Under the pieces are notes generated by a model that was not told where the DNA came from, did not search any database, and worked only from the letters and a program-made list of their open reading frames with translations. Made by a program: the position numbers and the translations under genes. From NCBI GenBank assembly GCA_003345595.1, contig PRDI01000086.1:1-53132 (forward strand): 53,132 nucleotides of DNA, written 5' to 3'. Shown piece after piece: positions 37,695 through 46,965 of this stretch. This DNA is from Candidatus Thorarchaeota archaeon. Lineage in GTDB: Archaea > Asgardarchaeota > Thorarchaeia > Thorarchaeales > Thorarchaeaceae. Numbering within the stretch: the first letter of the stretch is position 1; every line of letters starts with the position of its first letter.

Positions 37695-39705
37695 CAACAG
37701 CGACGCCTCGCTTGAAGGCCTTCATCTCCGACGCGTCTAGGACTGCCTTTCCGACTCCTAGCAGCTGTCCACTGTTGTCCATGACAAGAGCTTCATCGCC
37801 TGCCTTCAGTTTCGGGCTGGCAGAGTGGACGAATCTCGTCATCGCAGACTTGCCCTGTTTCACGAACTCCACGGCGTCGTCATCGACGATGACTGTGTGG
37901 TCGCTGCCTGCGCCCGCTCTGAGAAGTGCCAGTCCTCCCTCATAGGTTGGTGTCAGGAGACCGGTCATTGGCACCAATGTGAAGATCACCTTTCCCTCCC
38001 TCATGATATGCCGTATCTTACCCGTTGCCTTGGAGATGCTCGTTTCGAGATGCTCCAGCCCAAACAATGTCGCGTCCTTTACTCCCCACTGATATGCTAA
38101 GATGGCCGCAATCATCCTGGCCGTCCAGGAGGGGGCAGAATGTTGTTGAGGCGGCAGCAGGTTCAGTACCTCTGCCACACCAGAAACCCTCGTCACCTTG
38201 TTGCGGCTGGACACAAACGAAATGATCTTGTCGGTTGGGCTGTCTCTCGAAAGCCATACGCACTCTTCAAACGATAGGGTGGACACGAAGCGTTGGACAC
38301 GTTCCTGAGCAATATTGATGTCTGAGCCATCTAGGGTGCTGGGGAACAGGCATTGCTGTGCTGGAAAGACATGCTCCAGTTCCCACGGGACTGCACCAAT
38401 AGGAGTGACGTAGACGAGAAGGACTTCCTCCGGGCCCCTGACTTTGACCTGGTCCTCAATCAATGCACACGTATCAGAGAACGGTCTGTCGCCCTGATGC
38501 GGCACCAGCAAAAGCATCGTTGTCTTGCGGTATGGGTATGTCTCTATGATTCTGTTTTGGAAAGCCTTCAGGAGTGGGTGTCTGGATGTTTCGGTACCTG
38601 TATAGAATATAGAGTTCGAACCTGCGCTTGGCACTGATGAGTCAACATCGCCGATCAACTCTAGAAAGACCAGTAGAGCTTCATACAAGCTGGGATGGCT
38701 TCTTGCCCGGATAGCGGCCAGTTCAAGAAGCCTGCCCTCTGAGATTGCCTGTCGGACTCTCTTCATCTCAGCCGCCGTGACGTAGAGATTGTGTTTAGTC
38801 AGTAGTAGCTCGCGACTGGCAGGGTCGAGTGACTTGATTCCTTCAACGGTTGTGCTGCTACATACTGGACACTCACAGGGCAACTCTCTCAGCCTGTCGA
38901 GCTGGACTGTGCCCGTCGGAAACAGCATCCTTCCAGACTCGGCGAATTTGGCGTAAGATGCAGAGTCGAAGAGATCACATCCCAAGAGAGCTGCCTGTGC
39001 AAAGAACATAGGGTGTCCGCAGCCGAAGAGATGCACGGGTCGGTCTGGAGGCAGATGCTTCTTGGCTGATAGAGTGGCTCTCACTATGTCTGAGTATCGA
39101 TACTGCTCCATGAGCGGCACGACGCCACCAATGGGATGGATGTCGAAGTCGAGAGGCGCGAGGTCCATCGCAGCGCGTGCTCGGAGGTCAGGGTATATGC
39201 CGCCCTGTACAGTCCCGGCCAGGAGCATATTTCCTTTCTCACCCACGGACCTCTTGGCCCTGTCGAGAGAGATGGCGACATCTCGTTCGACTGTTGCCTT
39301 CGCGACATAGGGGTCGGAGAAGGTGTCGAGAATCGTGCCTATGTCTGATCCAATGTCCCGCTGAAATCTCACGATCTCGATTGGATCTATTTCCTCATCT
39401 GGAAGGCTGTGGAAGTACATCTGGTACGTACCAGAGTCGGTCATGATAGGACCACTGAAGTCAAGCAGGCTATGCACACCTTGAGAAAGAGCCGTTTCCC
39501 TGAACCGCTCTGTCGACTTGATGATGTAGGAGTTGGTTATGACCATCTGGAATCCGAACTCGGCCAACATCTGTTTCGGGCTGACTTCGGACTTCGCGGG
39601 ATGAACGACAGGCATCAAGAGGGGCGTCGTTACACTCCCGTGGCTCGTTTCCAGCCGACCAAGCCTTGCCAGGCCGTCCTTTGCGCGCAGTTCGAATTGT
39701 GTCAT
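37672..39705 (-). CDS. tgtA: Archaeosine tRNA-guanine(15) transglycosylase with C-terminal PUA domain
   Basis: MTDSGTYQ, PIGGVVPLMEQY, HLFGCGHP, DLFDSASY, CECPVC and a PUA-like C-terminus. Confidence 0.93.
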   Translation of the reverse strand: MTQFELRAKDGLARLGRLETSHGSVTTPLLMPVVHPAKSEVSPKQMLAEFGFQMVITNSYIIKSTERFRETALSQGVHSLLDFSGPIMTDSGTYQMYFHSLPDEEIDPIEIVRFQRDIGSDIGTILDTFSDPYVAKATVERDVAISLDRAKRSVGEKGNMLLAGTVQGGIYPDLRARAAMDLAPLDFDIHPIGGVVPLMEQYRYSDIVRATLSAKKHLPPDRPVHLFGCGHPMFFAQAALLGCDLFDSASYAKFAESGRMLFPTGTVQLDRLRELPCECPVCSSTTVEGIKSLDPASRELLLTKHNLYVTAAEMKRVRQAISEGRLLELAAIRARSHPSLYEALLVFLELIGDVDSSVPSAGSNSIFYTGTETSRHPLLKAFQNRIIETYPYRKTTMLLLVPHQGDRPFSDTCALIEDQVKVRGPEEVLLVYVTPIGAVPWELEHVFPAQQCLFPSTLDGSDINIAQERVQRFVSTLSFEECVWLSRDSPTDKIISFVSSRNKVTRVSGVAEVLNLLPPQQHSAPSWTARMIAAILAYQWGVKDATLFGLEHLETSISKATGKIRHIMREGKVIFTLVPMTGLLTPTYEGGLALLRAGAGSDHTVIVDDDAVEFVKQGKSAMTRFVHSASPKLKAGDEALVMDNSGQLLGVGKAVLDASEMKAFKRGVAVVMRHTRH

Positions 39706-39815
39706 TCGCAGTCCCTCAGGTTGTCACGGAGTTCTTTCGGCACCGGCTGGCGCGAGGTGCGCAGGAACAGGGAACAATCAATCGGTTTAAGACCGTATGC
39801 TTCAACCTGCCCGTG

Positions 39816-41138
39816 ATGACTTCTCCTACAGCATTGCTGGTCCAGCATCGCAGTACTGGCGAGCCCGATTTGATGGCCGAGTTCAAGGCGCTGGCTTGGA
39901 CTGCTGAGTACAAAGTACTAGGAGAGTTCAATATTGTTGGTCCCATGTCCGCAAGGTTTGGCATCAGAAGCGGAAAGGTCGAAGAGATCAAGACATGGAT
40001 TGATATCAATAAGCCGGATGTCGTGATCTACTCCCCACGACTAAGGTCCAGCCAGATGTTCAGGTTGATGGAGGAGTGGAAGACAGAGGTTAGAGACCGT
40101 ACTCAGCTTATACTTGAGATATTCGACAAACACGCCCGCACCGTGCAGGCAAAGTTACAGATAGAGCAGGCAAGGCTGAGCTATGAGATACCTTTCGTAC
40201 GGCATCAGCTCAGGACACGAATGCAGAAAGAACACACAGGTGCGAAACCCGTTGGAGAGCAGACCGGTGCAGGTGAAGACCTCCTGAATCTCAGAATCAT
40301 GGAGCTCAGACACCGTGTCGCGATGATTGACGACAAGCTCGACAAGATCTCAGAATCACAGAGCATGAAACGTAAGAAACGAATCGATGCGGGTTTCTCA
40401 GAAGTCGCACTCGCAGGATACACAAACGCCGGCAAGAGCACACTGCATCATGCTCTCACAGGGTCTGACGTTGAGGTGGCTGACCAACTCTTCACGACAT
40501 TGTCTACCAAATCAACCGAGCTAACCATGGTCGGAAGACGGGTAGTCCTGACTGACTCAGTGGGTTTCATAAGTGACCTTCCAACGTCGCTTCTTCGTGC
40601 CTTCAACACCACGCTGATGGAGATTGCAGAGTCTGACGTAATCATACTTGTTGTCGATGGTTCTAACTCGCTACAAGAGGTCAAGAGGAAGGTCGAGGTG
40701 TGCATGGATACATTCAGCCAGATAGGCATCAACAGTGTGCCCATTGTGACGGCCCTGAACAAGATTGACCTCCTTAGTGCGGCCGAGGTCCAAGCGAGGG
40801 TTTCCATGTTGAGGAATCTTGGTGCCAGAGTGGTGCCGGTGTCCGCTAGAGACCGGCTCAACCTCACGGATTTGGTCGAGGTCGTCGAGGGGCTCCTCCC
40901 GGGGCTCTCAAGATACTCCATCACGTTGCCATATGGGGACTCGACCATGTCTATGCTGTCTGGGATACACGAGGCTGGACATGTTGAGAGCGAGGTCTAT
41001 GGAGGGGACGGGGTGGAAGTGGAGGCAACTCTGAGTCTGGGTGCTGCACAGAAGCTGTTCAAGATGCTCCCCAGAGGGTCACTGAGGCGACTCGAGTCTG
41101 CATCACCGGATGCTGATGGGTCTGGCAGGACGAGCTAG
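39816..41138 (+). CDS. hflX: GTPase HflX
   Basis: DRTQLILEIF, GYTNAGKST, LFTTL, DSVGFI, NKID. ATG at 39816 is about 25 nt after TTTAAG. Confidence 0.93.
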   Translation: MTSPTALLVQHRSTGEPDLMAEFKALAWTAEYKVLGEFNIVGPMSARFGIRSGKVEEIKTWIDINKPDVVIYSPRLRSSQMFRLMEEWKTEVRDRTQLILEIFDKHARTVQAKLQIEQARLSYEIPFVRHQLRTRMQKEHTGAKPVGEQTGAGEDLLNLRIMELRHRVAMIDDKLDKISESQSMKRKKRIDAGFSEVALAGYTNAGKSTLHHALTGSDVEVADQLFTTLSTKSTELTMVGRRVVLTDSVGFISDLPTSLLRAFNTTLMEIAESDVIILVVDGSNSLQEVKRKVEVCMDTFSQIGINSVPIVTALNKIDLLSAAEVQARVSMLRNLGARVVPVSARDRLNLTDLVEVVEGLLPGLSRYSITLPYGDSTMSMLSGIHEAGHVESEVYGGDGVEVEATLSLGAAQKLFKMLPRGSLRRLESASPDADGSGRTS

Positions 41139-41210
41139 TTCCATGTGCAGATAGCCAACAGTTTTTAGACGGACTAATCGTGCTTGTGTACGTTGCTGGT
41201 GAATGCCACA

Positions 41211-41867
41211 ATGATCGCCATGGAGCTGAAGTCGCCAGAAGAGATCCTCAAGATGCTAGAGGGATACAGGAAGATAGTCTTGTTCGGCGACTCCGGGTGC
41301 GCGCAGATGTGTGATGTGGGCGGTATCCTCCAGCTTGAGGATATGGAGGACTTCCTTCGGCAGAACGGAAAGGAAGTGCTAGGCAGGATCTTCGTTGAGG
41401 GGGGAATCTGTGACACCAACAATATCCGACAGGAGCTGATAAAGAACCAGGAGATGCTCGAGAGAGCAGATGCGTTTCTGATACAGGCCTGTGGTGTCGC
41501 CACTCAAACGCTCACGGAGCTCATGCCTGAGAAGGAGTCGTTTCCAGCTGCCAACTCCAAGTTCCTTGGTTCAATGCCTGAGAGATTCGTTCATGAAGAG
41601 CGCTGTATCATGTGCGGAGATTGCATCCTTGATTTGACTGGAGGAATATGCCCCATCGCTCGGTGCGCCAAGGGCATCCTGAACGGACCGTGTGGAGGGT
41701 CAATGGACGGCAAGTGTGAGAGAGACCCTGATACGGACTGCGTGTGGCAGTTGATATATGACAGACTGAAGGCCCTAGGGAAGCTCGACAACCTCCGCTC
41801 CATCTGGAAAGTCAAGGACTGGAGTCTGGCGAGAGGTCCACGCGAGATCATCAAGCAAGAAACCTAG
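41211..41867 (+). CDS. metV: MetV-type Fe-S/Zn subunit of methylene-tetrahydrofolate reductase (MTHFR_C domain)
   Basis: CAQMC.VGG, ACGVATQ, CIMCGDC...GGICPIARCAKGILNGPCGG...CERDPDTDCVW; immediately precedes metF. Confidence 0.88.
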   Translation: MIAMELKSPEEILKMLEGYRKIVLFGDSGCAQMCDVGGILQLEDMEDFLRQNGKEVLGRIFVEGGICDTNNIRQELIKNQEMLERADAFLIQACGVATQTLTELMPEKESFPAANSKFLGSMPERFVHEERCIMCGDCILDLTGGICPIARCAKGILNGPCGGSMDGKCERDPDTDCVWQLIYDRLKALGKLDNLRSIWKVKDWSLARGPREIIKQET

Positions 41868-41925
41868 ATTGTGAACGACCAAAGGAGATATGTGGCCCTG
41901 CTGACGAGCGACATCCGAGGTCAGT

Positions 41926-42870
41926 TTGAAACACAGTCAAGGTTTCCCTGAAACCGCGCTCAAGCGGATGCTCGAGAGTGGTCGTTTCACAGTCACCGGC
42001 GAAGTAGGTCCTCCGCATGGAGCAGACCATAGTCTCGTCCTTGATCGGACGAATCTTGTGAAAGACTATTGCGATGCAATCAACATCACGGACAACGTCC
42101 GGGGAATCCCAACAATGAGCAGCATGGTCTGCGCCCGATTTGTGATTCAGGCAGGTGCTGAGCCCGTAATGCAGATGTCCGCGAGGGACAGGAACAGAAT
42201 CCTATTCGAGAGCGAACTCTATGGGGCTTATGCTCTTGGTGTACGGAACGTGCTGTTCATCACAGGTGACCACACGATCTTAGGGTCACATCCTCAGGCG
42301 AAAATGGTCTACGACCTTGACTCCATCCAAGCATTGCAGCTTGCCAGTCATCTCATGACCGGGCAGGATTTGGCTGGCGATGAGCTTGAAGGAGTCCCGG
42401 CATTCTATCTGGGCGCGACTCTCAATCCGAATGCTGACCCGATGGAGCTACAAGTCTGGCGTGTTGAGAAGAAACGCGATGCTGGGGCACAGTTCTTCCA
42501 AACTCAGGCCATCTACGACACGAGCAGGCTAGAGCAGTTCATGGAACAAATCGAGCCGTTTGGTGTCAAGGTACTTGCCGGACTGATACCTCTCAAAGGA
42601 CCCAAGATGGCCACATTCATGAACGAACGAATCCCAGGTATCAAGATTCCAAAGAGCTTCATAGAACGGCTGGAACAGGCTGGCGACGGCCTGAAGGGTG
42701 ACGAGAAGAGAGAGGCTGTTCGCAGCGAAGGACTCAAGATAGCTGCTGAAACAATCAAGAAAGTCAGGGGCATCCGCGGAATCAGCGGCATCCACATCAT
42801 GGCAATAGGCTGGGAAGAGAGCATCCCTGAGCTCGTGAGAGCCGCGGGGCTGTACCCGCGACCGAAATGA
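41926..42870 (+). CDS. metF: Methylenetetrahydrofolate reductase, flavoprotein subunit
   Basis: TGEVGPP, NITDN, RDRNR, ITGDH, AGAQFFQTQAIYD, GIHIM. Confidence 0.93.
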   Translation: MKHSQGFPETALKRMLESGRFTVTGEVGPPHGADHSLVLDRTNLVKDYCDAINITDNVRGIPTMSSMVCARFVIQAGAEPVMQMSARDRNRILFESELYGAYALGVRNVLFITGDHTILGSHPQAKMVYDLDSIQALQLASHLMTGQDLAGDELEGVPAFYLGATLNPNADPMELQVWRVEKKRDAGAQFFQTQAIYDTSRLEQFMEQIEPFGVKVLAGLIPLKGPKMATFMNERIPGIKIPKSFIERLEQAGDGLKGDEKREAVRSEGLKIAAETIKKVRGIRGISGIHIMAIGWEESIPELVRAAGLYPRPK

Positions 42871-42882
42871 GGTTGAGGCATT

Positions 42883-43800
42883 ATGTTTGTGTTCAAGAAG
42901 GAGCAACAAGCGTTTGATTTCGGCGGCGTGACAATCGGTGGTCAGCCAGGGCAGAACCCAACTGTGCTCATAGGCGGTCTATTCTTTCAGACTCAGCCAG
43001 TCGTGAAGAACGCAAAGGAGGGCACCTTCGATGAGCAGATGGCAAAGGAGTGGATTGATACTGCGAACATGATGGTGGACAAGACAGGTCACCCACTCAT
43101 CATCCAAGCTTTCGGCCGGACTCCCGAGGCTATGGAACGGCATCTGACCTGGCTCGCAGATAACTTCGAAGGTCCCTTCATGTTCGAGTCGACAAACGCG
43201 GATGCAAGGAAACGCGCCATACAGTTCTGTGAACAGAGTGGGCTTGCAGGCAGGGCTATCTACAACTCAATCAACCTCTCTATGAAGGAAGAAGAAAAGA
43301 CGCTTCTTCGGAGCAGCCCTATCAGAATGGCGGTTGTCCTTGGATGGTCTCCGAGAGCAACAGGTCTGGCCGATCGCATGGAAACGATCAAGGCCATGAT
43401 TTCAGAGGCGAAGTCCATTGGCATGGAGAAGATTGTAGTAGACCCAGCTACAATGCCTGTGGGTGCTGGCTATGGCTTGGAGTACAGGACTATGTTAGCC
43501 ATAAAATCGGAGCTAGGTCTGCCGACCTGCCTCGGTCCTCACAATGCTCCATCCGCTTGGAAGTTCATCAAGCAGCCCGGATTAGATGATGAGGCCACCC
43601 AAATCTCAGCCGTGGTTGCATCGACTATCGCGGCGCAGCTGTTTGCCACAGACTGCATCATGTACGGGTCGATGGCTCGATCGAAGCAGGTCTTCACTGC
43701 AGTATCACTCATAGCAAATGCAATGGCAGCCGCAGTAGCTGAGGCTCAACAGGCAATTGGGGTTTCCACGCCCATATTCGAACCGAAGTCGTTTGAGTAG
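42883..43800 (+). CDS. mtrH: MtrH-family methyl-pterin:corrinoid methyltransferase (divergent copy 1)
   Basis: MFVFKKEQ..GGQPGQNPTVLIG, IYNSIN, GLPTCLGPHNAPSAW, IMYG. Confidence 0.85.
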   Translation: MFVFKKEQQAFDFGGVTIGGQPGQNPTVLIGGLFFQTQPVVKNAKEGTFDEQMAKEWIDTANMMVDKTGHPLIIQAFGRTPEAMERHLTWLADNFEGPFMFESTNADARKRAIQFCEQSGLAGRAIYNSINLSMKEEEKTLLRSSPIRMAVVLGWSPRATGLADRMETIKAMISEAKSIGMEKIVVDPATMPVGAGYGLEYRTMLAIKSELGLPTCLGPHNAPSAWKFIKQPGLDDEATQISAVVASTIAAQLFATDCIMYGSMARSKQVFTAVSLIANAMAAAVAEAQQAIGVSTPIFEPKSFE

Positions 43801-43811
43801 GTGGTGTGACG

Positions 43812-44504
43812 ATGGGCATGAATGACAATAGGAACTGGCCGCCCATACCTGGTGACTTTGAGGTAAAGAACCCCAGTTCGTGTGTTGCGATATGCACTCT
43901 TGGGAAAAAGATAGAGGTTTCTACCGACTACGCAATAATAGGCACATGCAAGACTGAGAACATAGGCATAGAGCGCATGATAGTGAACGTCATTTCGAAT
44001 TCCTGTATCAGGTTTTTCATACTCGCCGGCCCCGAGATTCCGGGGCACAAGACAGGCGCCTCGGTGAAATGCCTCCATGAGAGCGGCATTGACCCGAGCA
44101 CCAGAAGGATCCTCGGGGCTGAGGGGGCAATACCATATGTTGAGAATGTACCAATCGAGGCAGTCGAGAGGTTTCGAAGTCAGGTTCAGCTGATCAGCAT
44201 GGTTGATGTAACAGATCCGGGCGAGATAGCGCGTGTGGCTGATGAAGTGGTTTTGAGGAACCCGGGACCATACCCTGCTGATCCCATCTGGGTCGAGTTC
44301 AAGGCTAGACCCGGCAAGGCGAGTTCAAGGAATATGGGTGCGGCCATTGCGCTGTTGCCAGAGTTTGGCATTTCGTTCGACCCCGCAAGTTCACTGGTGT
44401 CGAGGATGGACCTGGTCGCATGGGTCACCACTCATCCAACAACTGTTGGAGTTGTCATGAAGAGCGACGAAACGGGAACCGCACTTGTAGGACAGGAGTT
44501 GTAA
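43812..44504 (+). CDS. mtrA: MtrA-family corrinoid protein, soluble (no TM anchor)
   Basis: WPPIPGDF, VAICTLG, KTENIGIE, ISN..IRF, cobalt-ligand His in GHKTG, GAIPYVEN. Confidence 0.9.
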   Translation: MGMNDNRNWPPIPGDFEVKNPSSCVAICTLGKKIEVSTDYAIIGTCKTENIGIERMIVNVISNSCIRFFILAGPEIPGHKTGASVKCLHESGIDPSTRRILGAEGAIPYVENVPIEAVERFRSQVQLISMVDVTDPGEIARVADEVVLRNPGPYPADPIWVEFKARPGKASSRNMGAAIALLPEFGISFDPASSLVSRMDLVAWVTTHPTTVGVVMKSDETGTALVGQEL

Positions 44505-44507
44505 GCT

Positions 44508-45443
44508 TTGTTCGCATTCGAGAAAGAGCAAGTGATTCATAACATCGGCGGCGTCAGAATCGGTGGAACACCCGGCGAGATTCCTACGGTGTTGGCGGGC
44601 ACGATATTCTACACAGGACATGACATAGTGCAGGACGCGAAGAAAGGCCTCTTTGACAGGAAAGCCGCTGAGGCTCTGATTAAGACTCAAGATGAGATGG
44701 CAGATCTTACAGGGAACCCCGCTCTTGTTCAAGTGTTCTCAGAGTCTGAAGAGGCCGTGCGTCGGTACATCGATTTCGTGACCGACATCACGGACGCGCC
44801 ATTTCTGATTGATTCAACTGTGCCTGATGTCAGGACTGCCGGCCTGAAGCACGCCGAAGAGTCTGGTTTACTCGACAAGGCGATCTATAACTCAATCAAC
44901 ATCTCTGCCACAGAGGCAGAGCTTAACGCCCTTAGAGAGATCAAGCATGAATGCGCCATCATTCTGGCTTTCAACCCCCACGACTCGTCCATTGCAGGCA
45001 AGAGGGCAGTGCTTGAACAGGGTGTGCCCGGGTTTGACAAGGGTCTCTTGAAGCTGAGTGAAGAGCTCGGAGTCACCAAGCCCCTAATTGATACTGCAAC
45101 CACTGCGATGGGTGCGGGTGCGGGCACCGCTGCAGCATTCACCTTTGTGGCAAAGGCCGTCTACGGACTGCCAACGGGATCAGGGGTTCACAATGCACCA
45201 AGTTCTTGGTCATGGCTCCGCAAGTACAAGAAAGTCAATCCAGATGCCTACCGTACTTGTGATACTGCGTCCTGTCTTATTGTCCAGATGATGGGTGCAG
45301 ATTTTGTCCTCTACGGGCCAATCAGTAATGCTAGAACCGTCTTCCCAGTAGCCGCGATGGCAGATGTGTTCGCAGCGGAGTCCGCCAGTGTTGAGTCTGG
45401 CATCGAGCCGTCTGACAGCCATCCCTTCCGTAGGCTCTTGTGA
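44508..45443 (+). CDS. mtrH: MtrH-family methyltransferase (canonical-like copy 2)
   Basis: MFAFEKEQ, PTVLAGTIFYTGH, PFLIDST, IYNSIN, GLPTGSGVHNAPSSW, GADFVLYGPI. Confidence 0.9.
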   Translation: MFAFEKEQVIHNIGGVRIGGTPGEIPTVLAGTIFYTGHDIVQDAKKGLFDRKAAEALIKTQDEMADLTGNPALVQVFSESEEAVRRYIDFVTDITDAPFLIDSTVPDVRTAGLKHAEESGLLDKAIYNSINISATEAELNALREIKHECAIILAFNPHDSSIAGKRAVLEQGVPGFDKGLLKLSEELGVTKPLIDTATTAMGAGAGTAAAFTFVAKAVYGLPTGSGVHNAPSSWSWLRKYKKVNPDAYRTCDTASCLIVQMMGADFVLYGPISNARTVFPVAAMADVFAAESASVESGIEPSDSHPFRRLL

Positions 45444-45458
45444 GAAGGTGATAGGACG

Positions 45459-46895
45459 ATGTCCACGAAGGCCAGAGTGATCAGGCCGAGGAGCATAGGG
45501 GTAAGTTCACTCAGGACCGGTCCGTTCTACACTGTGGCTTCTGTGGAGCTGGGCAATACAACAACCAAATGCATTATTGCGTCCACGAACCTAAAGACTG
45601 CAGAGATATTCGAGATTGCGAAGGAAGTCAGATTCACGCGTGACGTGAGGCCTCCTGAGAAGGGAGAACAAGTCTTCGGGAGGACTGTCACAGGCGTTGA
45701 GCTGACTCGTCAGTCGGTTTCGGAGCTGGTTTCAGCAATACTGACATCTGTACTGTCAAAGGCTCGGCTAAGTCTTGATAGCGACCTGCACTTTGTCGTG
45801 CGGTCTACAGGTGTGACAGCAGGGTTTGCACAGCCCTCCGAGGTCGGAGAGATGGTGAGGGCACTGGCTGACGGCTGTCTTGCTGCTGGAGTTCCACCGA
45901 GCAAGATGGCTGCATCGATTGCCCCAGAGAATCTGCCTGCGGACATACGACAGTTCAGCTGGCTCCGGAAGGTCTACTTCGACGGAGCAGTGGCAAGCTG
46001 TCTCCCGCCATCTAACACCGAGGTCGTGGCCAATGAGATGGAAGGGGAGCTAGTCACAGCTGGTATGAAAGGCGCTGTCAAAGGGACTGGCATAGACTTC
46101 AGAAACCCTGCTATGGTCCTGGACTTTGGCACTACGCTTGCTGGAAGGATAAATGATGGCAGCTATCCTTATGCCAAGACCATTGGTTCCTTCGCTGGAC
46201 TTGCCGGGGCTATACCAGATGCTCTTGCCAGAGGTGGAGTAGAGGCTATCGGACCAGCAGGCTGCGTTCTTGACCTGACGACAAATCCCAGTCGACGTCG
46301 TATCCAAGTAGATCCGGCATGGATAGAGCAGGTGCAGAAGCAGATCCGTGTTGAGGTCGTGCCACACTCTGCGAAACGATTCGGGACTGTCCCTGTGAAC
46401 CCCGACGCTGCCGAGGAATCCGGAGTGCTGCTCATAGGTGTGGATGCAGGCTCGAACGGCTCAGCGATCAGAGAGATAGAACATGTTGGAGCAAGAATCG
46501 TTGAAGCAGGTGGCACCGAGTTGATGATGGGGGTAATAGACCAGGTGCAGTTCCACACTATGCAGAGGATTCTTCGTGTGGCCGAGGAGCATGGGCTCAT
46601 TCTGGAAGAGACATCGCTTGGCTTGACTGGCAGGGCAATCATCACAGGAGCAAAGCCAAGCATGATCCTGAATGGGCTGCGGACAAGAGATGGATCCCTT
46701 TGGAGCGGCTCTCATCAGATCGTGTTCGTCGAGGACGGCCTAGCAATGGGCGCGGCTGTGGCAGCTAGATGCATGAACTCGATGGGAACGAGGGAGAACC
46801 CGATGGGCGGACGCAAGGGCGATTCATGTATCATGGGAGCACGCATGAAGCTGCAGAAGGAAAAGCGGGGAGGTCACCCGATTCACAGGTCATAG
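45459..46895 (+). CDS. Methanogenesis marker protein 14 family (DUF2114; ASKHA-type ATPase-like)
   Basis: VASVELGNTTTKCI, FVVRSTGVTAGF, VANEMEGELVTAG, DFGTTLAGR, DGLAMGAAVAARCMNSMGT..NPMGG. Confidence 0.82.
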   Translation: MSTKARVIRPRSIGVSSLRTGPFYTVASVELGNTTTKCIIASTNLKTAEIFEIAKEVRFTRDVRPPEKGEQVFGRTVTGVELTRQSVSELVSAILTSVLSKARLSLDSDLHFVVRSTGVTAGFAQPSEVGEMVRALADGCLAAGVPPSKMAASIAPENLPADIRQFSWLRKVYFDGAVASCLPPSNTEVVANEMEGELVTAGMKGAVKGTGIDFRNPAMVLDFGTTLAGRINDGSYPYAKTIGSFAGLAGAIPDALARGGVEAIGPAGCVLDLTTNPSRRRIQVDPAWIEQVQKQIRVEVVPHSAKRFGTVPVNPDAAEESGVLLIGVDAGSNGSAIREIEHVGARIVEAGGTELMMGVIDQVQFHTMQRILRVAEEHGLILEETSLGLTGRAIITGAKPSMILNGLRTRDGSLWSGSHQIVFVEDGLAMGAAVAARCMNSMGTRENPMGGRKGDSCIMGARMKLQKEKRGGHPIHRS

Positions 46896-46965
46896 ACCAT
46901 GTGAGCCGCTCCTTTTCACTGCGGATATTCATCGTGCCGCCTGAGGTTGTTCGGGTGGCTTTATC

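Noticed and set aside
39666-39815. N-terminal extension of HflX given in the ORF track
   Set aside because: It overlaps the divergent tgtA start and contains the TATA-like element; ATG 39816 fits better.
42883-46895. Evidence for methanogenesis
   Set aside because: No mcr or mtrCDE in the window; MtrA/MtrH alone occur in non-methanogens.
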